64,000 nt of DNA from Octopus bimaculoides (GCF_001194135.2 NC_068998.1:14970460-15034459), one strand, 5' to 3'. Shown: positions 27,392-41,074, numbered from the stretch's first letter. Translations and numbers: made by a program. The notes: a model not told the origin generated them from the letters alone.

Positions 27392-27459
<68 letters not shown>

Positions 27460-27537
27460 TTATTCGTATATACTAACTCCCCGCACACCCATACCCCCCA
27501 CACATACACATACACACACACATATAGACAGACAGAC

Positions 27538-27599
<62 letters not shown>

Positions 27600-28484
27600 G
27601 GTTCTATTTTTGTACGTAATGTCTTGGTGGCAATTACGCAACTCAGATCATGTGAATGCTTTTATCAAAGGTAAAAGTCTTTGTGGGGGCGTCATTGGAA
27701 ATGAAAAGATCGAAAAGAATAGATAGGAAGAAAGAGAAAGATAAGGAAAGAAACAGAGAGAATAGAAAGACAGAGAGAGACAGGGAAAGAGACGCGGTAA
27801 CGTTTACAATGATTGTAATGGTGGAGATTAGTGAAGCAGATTTTTGGGGGAGCCTGAATCTCAACAAGGTTAATTCATGTAGGAGGAAGTTAGAATGAAA
27901 GAGAATTCTGAAAGGCTGAAACGTTCGTGTAATGTCTTGAGAAGTGTTTGCATCTTGGTATTAGGTGGTCGACACATAGTAGAGTTGACGACAATGAAAG
28001 GATCGTGTGTATAGGTTTGATCTAGGAGATAGTGGTTCAGTAAGTGAATCATAGCTTTTGAATATTGTGATTTACTAGAAATAAGGATTATCAAAATTGC
28101 GTTAAAAGCTGCTGAGTTCTTAAGTGCCCATTACCTGTCATAATAGAATAGCGATAACTGTTTATGTAGCGACAAATCACTGATTATTCATTCTCAAAAC
28201 TGTCGAAATAGAAATAAATATATTTGTTTCAAGCTGTCTTCTGTACATCAGTATTTACATTCATAAATCAATTTTTGCATACTAATATACATACGTCAGT
28301 ACGAATATACATAAATACACACATACTTCATAAAACGCGGACGCGCGCACATACACACATACACACACATGATCACGTGTACCTATATACATATATCTAT
28401 TAATACGTCTCTTTCTCCCCCCTCTCTCTTCTCTCTCTCTCTCTTTATAATAAATTTAATATATGACACATTCATATATATATG

Positions 28485-28530
<46 letters not shown>

Positions 28531-29252
28531 NNNNNNNNNNNNNNNNNNNNNNNNNNNNNNNNNNNNNNNNNNNNNNNNNNNNNNNNNNNNNNNNNNNNNN
28601 NNNNNNNNNNNNNNNNNNNNNNNNNNNNNNNNNNNNNNNNNNNNNNNNNNNNNNNNNNNNNNNNNNNNNNNNNNNNNNNNNNNNNNNNNNNNNNNNNNNN
28701 NNNNNNNNNNNNNNNNNNNNNNNNNNNNNNNNNNNNNNNNNNNNNNNNNNNNNNNNNTATATATATATATATGAACATATCTATATATTATATTCATATA
28801 CACACGCACGTATATATAAGGGTAGAAATTTATTTATTAACTGCAGAGTTATTTCCGGACTTAGCGCGCCAGATTGAAGACATTTGAAGGGATACACTTA
28901 ATGTAATTTGTAGAACACTTCACGTGCTCCCTTTCGGGTAGAGGTCTTATGTCTAGTTCTGGAAATTATATTTTTAAATCGTCAGACTACGCTGATGATC
29001 CTGCATATGTTTACTTATGTAAATTTTAACAGGTGAAACCATGGTACGTAGGTCAATCGTTTTTTTATTTAGTATTTTTTCATTTGTCTTGCCCTTTTAC
29101 AGTCTGTTGTGTCGCTAATTTTTCACTGAGAACATATTTATTCGTGGTTAGATGATTCGGCATCTATTTCTAGCATATAGGAGTCCACTTTTGCTGGTCA
29201 TTCCTTTTGCTGGTCATAAAATATATATGTATATATACACATATATATACAT

Positions 29253-29304
<52 letters not shown>

Positions 29305-30775
29305 GAAACATTCAAACACTGAGATTTGAAGTTAGATGTTACTACTGTTCATATCATGTGTATGAATTCTAAATTTGATGATATCACCAGTGGTGACATG
29401 GGTGAATCGCAGTTATAATAGCTTTAAATAGCTATGAATTATAAATTTGCACGAAGCTTAATGATGCTTAACAAGCATCTACCTGCTTGAAATAAGAGCT
29501 AAGTCTTAAATTAATCCACCGTAGCGCACCAATATAACAGAGAAAAACAGCATGCGAGAAAAATCATTTTGGGTTAAACATTGCAAATGTCCTCACTGAA
29601 AATAAAGTGATACTGGGAAACGTGCTTTCCCAGTACCAATATAAAGCGTCAATGTGCAGATATTTTTTACTGTTATGCAGATCATGAACCTCGGACCTCG
29701 TTCGGGCTATCTCAAGATTCGGTCTTCGAGCATTCTCATGCTTTCAGACGATGAAATATCGTCACCGTATTTTCTCGCTTGCAATGGTAGATTTAACGTA
29801 GGCGGAAGTAGTTGCGATCGTCAGGTCAGCCATGTGACTGCATCTTCAATGTTTGACTTTTCTTTAACAATGATCAAAGAAGTTGGTCATCATTGAATTA
29901 GATGTCCAGGTATTTACCAAGGCATGATTATATATATGAATGACTCTTATACACACGTACACATACAAACATATATGCTATTAAGTGCAATTAGGTATCT
30001 TTATACCGGAGTCACAATCTACATGATCATCTTCGTCTCCCAGTTAAACTCCTCCAAACAAATTTTTTTGTACGTTAAACCTTTCCCTTTCTAATTCCTC
30101 TCCTCTCTTTTCTCTTTAACAATCTCTTTTACGCTCAAACCCACCTCTCTCTCTTTCTCTGTCTGTCTCTCTCTCTGTCTCTCTTTCCGGCTCTCCGTCT
30201 CTATCGCTTTCTGTCCGATTCTTTCTCTCTCTCTTTCCGTCTCTTACCTTCTCTGTCCGAGTCTTTCTCTCACCCTCTCTCTCTATCTCTCTATCTCCCC
30301 TCTCTCTCTTCTCTTTCTCTCATATATCCGGTTCTCAATTTTTACTGAAGGTGATTTATGTCTGGAAATGAAATTTATGGCGCTAGATTTCATGCTTCTT
30401 GTATAATTTTATTGAGTTATATTAAAAACCAATTCTTTCAAAAATTCGTCAGAATTTTTGTTCTGTATTTGTGCACATGGTTTTAATAATGAATATTACC
30501 TGCTCGCTGTTCTTAGAACAAAACATTGCTCCGAGGCATTTCTCATTCTTTTATGTAATCATTCCAATATTTGGCATTCGTTTATGTAATCATTCCAATA
30601 TTTGGCATTCTTTTTATGTCATTCACTTTTCACTTTTTCTTTGTACATGATATCTCCCTTCTCTCAAATTAGAACTGCAATCAATCTTTTTCACTTTTCC
30701 GTTTCTCACATTTATGTTTCACACTTATGTTTCACACTTATGTTTCTGATCCATACTAGATAGATAGATAGATAC

Positions 30776-31433
30776 ATTTCTTTTATTAGCCACACAGGGC
30801 TTTACACAGAGGGGACGAATACAATGTAGAGCTTTTCTTTTGGGGAGGGGGAAGGAGAGAGAGAAAGGGGGGGTCGATCAAAAGGGATCGTAGGAAAGAA
30901 GAAAAAAAAGGCGATCAATAGGGATCGTGTATCACAGCAATGTTCTCGTGTAAAACGTGGGGACAGCTTAGGTTTAGCCGTGGAAAGAAAAGCCTACGGA
31001 AAAGACCACGGTAACCTTGGCCAATATTGTCATTGTCATTGAAGAAACCATAACAGTAAGTGACTCTCTTTTGCCTCTTTGTTTTTTTTTCTTGATTTTT
31101 TTTTTACTCCGTCATTCACACGTGCCATTCTTGCTACATTCACCCATCTTTTTTTAAGCATTCACTAGACAAGACTTCCCTTTCTACTCTCATCTTCCTC
31201 TTCAGGTGATACTTGAAGAAGTTGATCAGAGATTGCCCAGAGAGGAAAGTCTTTGTCTCTAGACCTTTCAGACGCGTCCACCATACACATTCTTGCGCCA
31301 TAGCCACAAGTACGATGAAAATGGCTCTTCCTTCCCGTTTAAAGGAAGGAGGCGCGACAATATTTACGATAGACTCGGCTGATAGACCGACTCGTTCCAC
31401 ACGCGAGAGCAGTTGTTCGACGTAAGCCCACAG
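30776..31433 (-). mobile_element. Tx1/L1-clade LINE 3' end (ORF2 C-terminus plus 3' UTR), abutting (GATA)n; runs into gap
   Basis: ERVGLSAESIVNIVAPPSFKREGRAIFIVLVAMAQECVWWTRLKG..FFKYHLKRKMRVERE, then after a frameshift WVNVARMARVN; 3' UTR ends aataaaagaaat. Clade call is from the post-zinc-knuckle C-terminal pattern. Confidence 0.65.
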
Positions 31434-32346
31434 NNNNNNNNNNNNNNNNNNNNNNNNNNNNNNNNNNNNNNNNNNNNNNNNNNNNNNNNNNNNNNNNNNN
31501 NNNNNNNNNNNNNNNNNNNNNNNNNNNNNNNNNNNNNNNNNNNNNNNNNNNNNNNNNNNNNNNNNNNNNNNNNNNNNNNNNNNNNNNNNNNNNNNNNNNN
31601 NNNNNNNNNNNNNNNNNNNNNNNNNNNNNNNNNNNNNNNNNNNNNNNNNNNNNNNNNNNNNNNNNNNNNNNNNNNNNNNNNNNNNNNNNNNNNNNNNNNN
31701 NNNNNNNNNNNNNNNNNNNNNNNNNNNNNNNNNNNNNNNNNNNNNNNNNNNNNNNNNNNNNNNNNNNNNNNNNNNNNNNNNNNNNNNNNNNNNNNNNNNN
31801 NNNNNNNNNNNNNNNNNNNNNNNNNNNNNNNNNNNNNNNNNNNNNNNNNNNNNNNNNNNNNNNNNNNNNNNNNNNNNNNNNNNNNNNNNNNNNNNNNNNN
31901 NNNNNNNNNNNNNNNNNNNNNNNNNNNNNNNNNNNNNNNNNNNNNNNNNNNNNNNNNNNNNNNNNNNNNNNNNNNNNNNNNNNNNNNNNNNNNNNNNNNN
32001 NNNNNNNNNNNNNNNNNNNNNNNNNNNNNNNNNNNNNNNNNNNNNNNNNNNNNNNNNNNNNNNNNNNNNNNNNNNNNNNNNNNNNNNNNNNNNNNNNNNN
32101 NNNNNNNNNNNNNNNNNNNNNNNNNNNNNNNNNNNNNNNNNNNNNNNNNNNNNNNNNNNNNNNNNNNNNNNNNNNNNNNNNNNNNNNNNNNNNNNNNNNN
32201 NNNNNNNNNNNNNNNNNNNNNNNNNNNNNNNNNNNNNNNNNNNNNNNNNNNNNNNNNNNNNNNNNNNNNNNNNNNNNNNNNNNNNNNNNNNNNNNNNNNN
32301 NNNNNNNNNNNNNNNNNNNNNNNNNNNNNNNNNNNNNNNNNNNNNN

Positions 32347-32406
<60 letters not shown>

Positions 32407-32804
32407 TGTCACTCATTCTCTTACCAGACAACCGGTGTCGACCAATACCTTTTACTTATACACATACATACCCTCCCCACTACTCACAATTTCCATTGAT
32501 ATTTCAAGCCAGTTAATATTTCTTTAGATCAAAGTTGTTTATTGTTAGATTACTTCGTGTAATATCTACGTAAACATAATTCAGGTGCGGTGAAATAATA
32601 TATTTGAAAAATAACAATTAAGGAAAGGAGCATTCCTAAACTACTCTGAATTAAATTGTGTAAATAACACAAAGATATTTTGAAAGATTTCTGACGTCCC
32701 ATTTCAACTGAAAAACTTAAATTAATAAATTGTCGCAAATAGAGTTTAAAGAGTGTTATTTTAAATATCATGCAGGTATCCAATAAGTGTGCGTTATAAG
32801 ATAG

Positions 32805-33125
32805 TTAGTAGAATGGCCAAATGTTTAAGAAGCTCGCTTCGTAAAATCGAAGTCTTTGGTTCGAATCACTTGGAGACATCTTGAGCAATTGTCAGGTTTT
32901 GAAGCCTGAGTTGGGCCCTGTCTTGTGAGTTAAATGAGGTGACAAAATCTGTCAGACGGATTGTACTTGTAATTCAAATGATACATTTTTATTACACACA
33001 TTGTATCAAACTGATTTGGCCTGAAGATTAAGCTGCAGGTACACATGCATCTGGAATGCTCAGTAACTTACATCTTAATTCAGAAGAATGTCATTCAGTT
33101 CATCAAACTAAGTTCATGTCGTCTG
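32805..33125 (+). mobile_element. Old mosaic SINE: B-like head with C-like tail
   Basis: Head resembles 4345-4450; 3' half aligns with the family-C tail (cttgtaattcaaa...ttaattc...gtcgtctgatgacagag). Confidence 0.45.
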
Positions 33126-33189
33126 ATGACAGAGACCCGCCGTCGTTATTTCAATAAGAAATCTCCTTTAAATCCTACTCGTGGATAAG

Positions 33190-33674
33190 TGATAAGTGCA
33201 GATTTTGTGGACAAAACTGTGAAACCGTATGGCATATTACCAGCCAATGTACGCCACTAACCCAGAAGGAATATAAGAGACGCCACGACAATATAGCCAA
33301 GCAAGAAAATTGGTACGACCACAAACCTGAAGGCGTCGTCGAAAATGGAAAGTTAAGCAGTTGTAGTCAATGAAAATGGTTGCAGTAGTACCAATAATTG
33401 TCGGAGCCCTGGGAACAGTGAGCAAAAATCTCGAGAAGTACGTGGAACAAATAGGGGCAGCAATAAGCGTGGAGCACTTGCAGAAAACAGCACTGCTNNN
33501 NNNNNNNCAAATAGGGGCAGCAATAAGCGTGGAGCACTTGCAGAAAACAGCACTGCTTGGAACCGCTCGAATACTCCGGAAGGTGCTCGAAAAATAAGAG
33601 GTGTCACCTTAGTTCACTGGTAGTGAATAGCTGACATTGTAATACATCTCCACCACTAGAAGCTGTGCAAAGGC

Positions 33675-33737
<63 letters not shown>
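33190..33737 (+). mobile_element. R4/Dong LINE 3' fragment with two internal deletions and (AAT)n tail
   Basis: DKCRFCGQNCETVWHITSQC..KEYKRRHDNIAK|QENWYDHKPEGVVENGK|..MKMVAVVPIIVGALGTV..LQKTALLGTARILRKVLEK*; (AAT)n at 33677-33737. Confidence 0.9.
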
Positions 33738-33739
<2 letters not shown>

Positions 33740-34168
33740 GGGATTTAATCAGATACATCCTCTCCACAAATTTCATAGAGGTGTGCGGGCTGTTGATAAC
33801 AGTATGATTATAAATATATTCCGTCTCATATTATTAAATTGACAATCTAGAATTTTAATTATCACACTGTAATCAAGAAAAGCTGATATATTAATCACAA
33901 TATTGTTTTCACTAGAAGTTTTCGTTGATGTTGTTAATATTTACATGGCCATATGTACATATTTGTCATTAACTTAGAAAATATCTTCTGTGATATGATG
34001 TCAAACAGTTAGATTTAAGAAAGAATTTACACGGCGCCACACCTCTCACATTAATAATTCATTGTGAGTATATATGTATATACACACTAACTACCATGTT
34101 ACTATATTTGAATGTATGTATATATCTTTGTATTTTTATATGGCACATTATATTCAGATAGATAGATG

Positions 34169-34210
<42 letters not shown>

Positions 34211-34941
34211 CATGTGCGTGTGTGCGTGTGTACGTGCGTGCGTGTGCGTATGTATATTTTTACGTTTGCTGTTTCTCATAAAACTACCTCGCTATTTCCC
34301 ATGAAAGTTTTTCCATACGTTATATGCAAATTTAAATCTTTTCAGAGTTATTAAAATATTAAAACTACCGAATTTTCGGTGGCTCTCCGAGGACAAAATT
34401 AGCAAAATTCAGACAAAAAACAGCCAGTTATCATTCGATAAATGGAACAGTATATAAACAAAAAGAAAAACACTCTGAGATCCAAATGAAAAAGAAACAG
34501 CGTATACGATGTTCAAGCAAACGGTGTAAAACGGACAAGCAGTCTGAGCAGGCTTGACCAGTCACATGATCGGGCCATCGGCGACTAAACCGGTAACCAT
34601 CGTATCTCTCGTCACCAAGCTAATCTGGTAGGTGTGCCATTTAAGTATGACCCAACCACGTAACAGGTTGTACTCAAATAAGTTACCAGTAGCACTCTAA
34701 ACGATCATACACACACAAGTACACATACACAAAGCACATACATGCACAAAACACACACATACATGATTTTATGTGTTTCAATCATTAGATTACTCCTTCT
34801 ATGGGTCACATAGACTGAAATGCTAAGTTACAATGACGTAAACAATCCAGGACCAATTGTCAAGCTATGAGAGACAAACAAAAGCACGAATATACACACA
34901 CACACACACATACATATATTCACACATACATATATTCATAG

Positions 34942-35172
34942 GGCGGCGAGCTGGCAGAAGCGTTAGCACGCCGGGCGAAATGCTTAGCGGTATTTCGTCT
35001 GCCGCTACGTTCTGAGTTCAAATTCCGCCGAGGTCGACTTTGCCTGTCATCCTTTCGGGGTCGATTAAATAAGTACCAGTTACGCACTGGGGTCGATATA
35101 ATCGACTTAATCCGTTTGTCTGTTTTCGTTTGTCCCCTCTGTGTGTATCCCCTCGTGGGTAGTAAAGAAATA
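34942..35172 (+). mobile_element. SINE family A, young copy with alternative (type 2) 3' tail
   Basis: Near-perfect head and core; tail aatccgtttgtc...gtcccctctgtgtgtatcccctcgtgggtagtaaagaaat differs from the other A copies. Confidence 0.92.
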
Positions 35173-36055
35173 ATACATATATTCATACATACATATCCAC
35201 AAAACACACGCGTACACACACACACACACACACACACTGTTTCAATCGATTAAATTTACTCACAAGTCATTGATCGACAAGAGGCTACAGTCAAATGTAT
35301 TTGGGACGGAACTGGAAACTATGTGGTGGCCAAACAAATTTCTGAACAACATATCAAAAGATACCACTTCTACATCTCCACCCATTATCCTCAGACGTTG
35401 TTACGTTCCTTGTTTATAAGACTGCAATATTATCGTGGGTTTCCTATCTTTTGTCACTTTGCATTATTGACACTGTAAAGACAGAAGAATTCAATATAGT
35501 GTTGGTTGTGAATGCAATTTTCTTTAAAAAAAATAATACTTATTTGCAAAGGTGACCTCGGAACGTAAAGGGTCAGAACAAAAGCCTGCTAAGCGTTTTG
35601 CTCGGCCCTTTTAAAGATGTTCCAGTTTGCCATCTCTAAATGCGTTAATAATAATGATTTTTTAAATTTTGCCTTAAGGCCTGTACTTTTGAGGAAGGAG
35701 CTAAGTCCCTTACATGGACCCCTGTCCTAGACTGGTACTTACTTTATCGAAAGCAAAATGGATAAGAATTGGATAATTATTACATAAATAGTTTAGGCAA
35801 TAAAAATAAACGTTTGTTGCAGACTATTTGCTACTGAAGATATATGTGTCGGTAAATACGAAGACGATATCAGAGAGGAAAAAAATAACTGCGATTCCAT
35901 ATAAAACCTCTTCGAAGATAAACGTCTAATCCATTGTTATAAAATAATTAGTTAATATTATAGTGGTCATTGTTGTCTGTAATAATAACGAGGCAATAAA
36001 TACATATATATGTCCATATATGTGTGTGGATGTGTACATGCCCACACACACACGA

Positions 36056-36104
<49 letters not shown>

Positions 36105-36819
36105 NNNNNNNNNNNNNNNNNNNNNNNNNNNNNNNNNNNNNNNNNNNNNNNNNNNNNNNNNNNNNNNNNNNNNNNNNNNNNNNNNNNNNNNNNNNNNNNN
36201 NNNNNNNNNNNNNNNNNNNNNNNNNNNNNNNNNNNNNNNNNNNNNNNNNNNNNNNNNNNNNNNNNNNNNNNNNNNNNNNNNNNNNNNNNNNNNNNNNNNN
36301 NNNNNNNNNNNNNNNNNNNNNNNNNNNNNNNNNNNNNNNNNNNNNNNNNNNNNNNNNNNNNNNNNNNNNNNNNNNNNNNNNNNNNNNNNNNNNNNNNNNN
36401 NNNNNNNNNNNNNNNNNNNNNNNNNNNNNCATGCAGTATATCAAATAAATATAAAAAATACAGTGCACAAAACAAAAAATTTGCCGATCATAATAGATAT
36501 ATATTGAACAAAAAACAAAATATTTTTAAAACACTGCTAAATATATTACTATCCATGTTTTATATGAATTATTTATTGCATGTAATCGTCGCTTCATAGA
36601 AAAATAACACTTGAAGAGAATTGCGAAGCTGGATAGAGAATATTCTGCTGCAGAAATGAATGCTTTTGTTTCCCGACAAATCTATTATTGTGTAATACGT
36701 GTATAAACATATCAGAGATGGAAATTGTTAAGACATTGTCTTGAGACAGCAAAACCTGCGAGAAAATTTAGATGATGCAATGTAAATATTTGTGTTGTCT
36801 ATGTATGGATAGGTATGCA

Positions 36820-36860
<41 letters not shown>

Positions 36861-37292
36861 NNNNNNNNNNNNNNNNNNNNNNNNNNNNNNNNNNNNNNNN
36901 NNNNNNNNNNNNNNNNNNNNNNNNNNNNNNNNNNNNNNNNNNNNNNNNNNNNNNNNNNNNNNNNNNNNNNNNNNNNNNNNNNNNNNNNNNNNNNNNNNNN
37001 NNNNNNNNNNNNNNNNNNNNNNNNNNNNNNNNNNNNNNNNNNNNNNNNNNNNNNNNNNNNNNNNNNNNNNNNNNNNNNNNNNNNNNNNNNNNNNNNNNNN
37101 NNNNNNNNNNNNNNNNNNNNNNNNNNNNNNNNNNNNNNNNNNNNNNNNNNNNNNNNNNNNNNNNNNNNNNNNNNNNNNNNNNNNNNNNNNNNNNNNNNNN
37201 NNNNNNNNNNNNNNNNNNNNNNNNNNNNNNNNNNNNNNNNNNNNNNNNNNNNNNNNNNNNNNNNNNNNNNNNNNNNNNNNNNNNNNNNNNNN

Positions 37293-37340
<48 letters not shown>

Positions 37341-38327
37341 GCACAAATATATGTATATATATGTATACACGTGTGTATGTATATGTATGCATGTTTGTGT
37401 CTGTGTGTATGTATGTATATGTGTGTATATTAATGTATGTATGTATGTATGTATGTATAATTGCATTTATCTACATACATACAAACATACACCCACATAC
37501 TATCAAATTAGCAGAAAAAGTAGCGAAAGGTATGAAGGCATATTTGATTAAAGAAAACATTATAGTGTAAGATAAAATTATTAACTAATATATGCGTCTG
37601 CCTGGTGTCTAATACCCACTACTACCCTTTACACAGACACTACACATTTTTTCCTCATAATTTTATTTCGCGAATGGCACAGATTTAAGTCAAGCATATT
37701 AAATAAAAACAAATCCTTAAATAACTGTGATAACATTTACTTACCTGAAAAATTTGTGAAATTTGAAAACGTTTACTATCTTCTTGGTATAATTTATTTC
37801 TTAAAGAATTTTAAAGTATGAGTAGCACCTGTAATGACAGGTAGATTACAATCTACTCGATGAAACAAAATAATTCTTACATCGTGCAGAAATTAGTAAC
37901 GAAGAACGGACTACACATACAAATATTTCAACTGCCATGCATACAGTAACAGAGAAGCGTTTACACGAGGTTTGATCTCAACCCATCATATTCCTTGGCA
38001 ATTCAGTACATTGTCAACTCAGCATCTCAGGAAATAAAATACTTTATGCCTTACCAGCAGACGTATAAAATAGATTCTACATAAAATTGTCTATTAACAG
38101 AGCTGTATTACTGAAGATGTACTCCAGCAACTGTTAATGCTTAACTTGAGAATTTATTAATAAGGCAAAACCCTTATGTCCTGGTACATGAAGTTTTCTA
38201 AATCGAAATATATAAAAAAGCATTTACAGTATGCTCTTTTCCTATGACATTGTCAAAACTTGCCATGCTGGCCTTCAACTGCGCATTGGGTATAGTTTGT
38301 TTTCTCTTGTTATTTTATATATAACAG

Positions 38328-38390
38328 GATGAAGCCTATTCGTACAGCAATGTTGTTGCTAAGACTCATGTGCGCTGCTTCAAAAAGGTT
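38328..38390 (+). CDS. Candidate 63-nt exon (DEAYSYSNVVAKTHVRCFKKV or MKPIRTAMLLLRLMCAASK)
   Basis: Pyrimidine-rich acceptor tttgttttctcttgttattttatatataacag| and consensus donor |gtaagt; no homology recognised. Confidence 0.3.
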
Positions 38391-39159
38391 GTAAGTGCTA
38401 CGTATATTCGATTTAGTTTTTTTTTATAGCTGTTGTTACAGCAAAATAAACTCGTCAACCATTTACCAAGTAGTAAATGATTGTTGGATTCTGAGGTATC
38501 TTCCTGAATGGAAAAGTCGAAAAAATGCATCATCGTTGCTTATACATTATCCTTTCTAAAATAGTGTAAATTCATCGCGTCTGTTTTCCTTCCCGAGAGC
38601 AGGTACTGCAGCGCTAGTTTCCTTCAAACCATCTGGTGAATTTATTGTTTTCCCATGCAGAAAGATTCCATATTGAGGAAACCACCTGATTTATAATATT
38701 TCATTCTCACTGGATGGATCCGGAAACATTGCAGATATGATAGAAATAATGTCATTAAAGTGATTCTTATTTGTGAATCAGGTCACGATTTGCGCATGTG
38801 TTGCAATTTCTAGTAGAAAAGATTGCATTTACTCGTGGCACTAATTTGATTTCACATTTAACTTAAATTAATATGAATCAACTGGTGCATCTTAGTCAAT
38901 AGCAACTCTGCATTAATCAAAGTTCCTATGAAGCTTGTGACAAATTTCAAGAAGGATACAGAAAAAGGAAGCAAAGAAGAGAAAGCGGTGTTGATCATTT
39001 ATGAATAGCAGAGAGAGGGAAAAGGGGAAACCTATATAGCAAAAAGAGAGAAGGTGGGAGAAGGAGAAGGAGAGAGGTAAAAATTGTGATGTAAAGCAGA
39101 TAAAAGACAAAATATATAACGACAGAAAGATCCAGAGAGAAAGCACCAACAGAGCCAGC

Positions 39160-39335
39160 AATTTTGGGGAGAGGAGCAAGCCTATTACATCGACCACAGT
39201 CCTCAACTGGCACTTATTTAATTGAAAATTAAAATTTTCAATTTGCCAAAAGTATGAAAGGCTAAGTCGACCTCACAGAATGTGATGCCGGAAAAATACC
39301 ACTAAATATTTTGTCCATCTTAACTATTCTGTCAG
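39160..39335 (-). mobile_element. SINE family A, diverged
   Basis: catcgaccacagtcctcaactggcac...ggctaagtcgacctcacagaat. Confidence 0.65.
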
Positions 39336-39506
39336 CGTGCAGCCCGAGAAGGGAAGCATATTGACTGGAACTAACAAAGCGACGTATGAGAAGCGACAAA
39401 GGAGGTATAATTAATGCATCGCCTTGCTAACACCGGATAAATTACGATACTTACATACAAAAAGAGTAGAACGAGATCGGCATATGTGCTCACACACCGA
39501 CTAAAC

Positions 39507-39539
<33 letters not shown>

Positions 39540-40508
39540 NNNNNNNNNNNNNNNNNNNNNNNNNNNNNNNNNNNNNNNNNNNNNNNNNNNNNNNNNNNNN
39601 NNNNNNNNNNNNNNNNNNNNNGTGTGTGTGTGTGCCTGCGCGTGTGTGTGTGCCTGCGCGTGTGTGTGCGTGTGGTTATGTGTGTCAAGGTGCATAGCCT
39701 AGTTGTAAGAGTGTTGTTCTCAGGATCGCGAGGTTATTCAGCAAAACGCTACATTTCACGTTGTTCTTTTGAGTTACTTCTATTTACTCGTATGAAAGCA
39801 ATTACGGGAATTGGAAAATAAATCTCGACAATTGTCGAAAGCTGATACACCGCCCATGATATGAAACCGAGTTTTGGAGCGGTTGTCTCGGTTGCTTTAT
39901 CAACTTGACAATTTATACTCTCAATGGAGATGATACAGAACAATGAAGTAATGCTATAGTTACTGCCGTTGCATGGAAATATCCGTGTACGTACCAATAG
40001 ATAAAATAAAAACTACGATTACTATAACAACAACAATAATAATAATAATAATAATAATAATACAGTCATCCTCTAGCACAAGAATGTTTTATCTAGAATA
40101 GAACTCTAAATTTGATATAGCAGCTGAAGTAAAAGGATACATATCAAATCAAACGATGAAAAAGGATAAGAAAAATTAAAATAAAAGAAAATAACAAATA
40201 TAATCAAGAGAAGAACAAAATAAATACAGTGTGATATATCCTTTGTGAAAATAACATGATTCCCAGTTACAGATGAAAAAAATGGTACTATCTATTATAT
40301 ACTCGATTCTTAAACTGAATGAAAACCCAGCGACGACTGATTTATTGCTTTATAAGCTGAATATAACACGAAAATAATATTCACTGCTGCTTCATCACCA
40401 TTTAAATGAATACATAAGCCAGGTAGCAAACATATACATTAAATAGGCTGCACCATACAAATTACAACAGATTTATGTGATAGATAACAAGGTTCTCGTT
40501 CTCAATAC

Positions 40509-40580
40509 TGTCATCTATGAGCAGCTGAATAATCTGATAGGAAATAGCTTGGCGAACGGTATCGTATGATTTAGCGTCCC
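40509..40580 (-). CDS. Candidate 72-nt phase 1-1 exon, (G)DAKSYDTVRQAISYQIIQLLIDD
   Basis: Strong acceptor ctattctattttttttgtag|; weak donor |gtattg. Confidence 0.2.
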
Positions 40581-41011
40581 CTACAAAAAAAATAGAATAG
40601 CTAAAATATCACATAAAACAGAAATTAGAATTTTGAATGAGCAGGTAGACTTTACATATGAAAAAATAGAAGCAGAATATTAATTTATTTCTTGGGTATT
40701 CGAATAAAAAGAATAACATTACATATATTTCAAAGAGAATTGTGAAATGAATGTGTATAATATAATTTATATAATATATAACTTTCAAGTTCGCTTTCTA
40801 TCCTGCGCCAAAGAAAATTTTAGAGAGTTGATTTGCTTCTTGCAAGAGGTTGTATGATCACGATTAATGATAACTAATCAATGAACATTATTGGTTGTTG
40901 CAAATGTATGATACGAAACTTTGTTTAATGTTCAGTCCTTACTTATTTCGAATGACAGCTTATAGACCTGTATTTTGGTGTCGGGTTTAATGCCCTTTTC
41001 GTTCTTTGTAG

Positions 41012-41074
41012 CTCACGGCACCTTGGAGCAAACAGCCTTGGAACGAACAAATTGGAGATCGTCATGTTAAAATG
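41012..41074 (+). CDS. Candidate 63-nt exon (LTAPWSKQPWNEQIGDRHVKM or SRHLGANSLGTNKLEIVMLK)
   Basis: Acceptor cccttttcgttctttgtag|; donor |gtataa; frame-compatible with 38328-38390 in two frames. Confidence 0.2.

Noticed and set aside
30540-30745. Short tandem duplications (30-bp and 13-bp units; also 27043-27100, 44687-44740, 54620-54653)
   Set aside because: Two to three copies without spacers; ordinary slippage products, not CRISPR-like arrays.
33448-33557. Apparent 50-bp tandem duplication inside the Dong copy
   Set aside because: The two copies flank a 10-N gap, the typical signature of unmerged overlapping contig ends.
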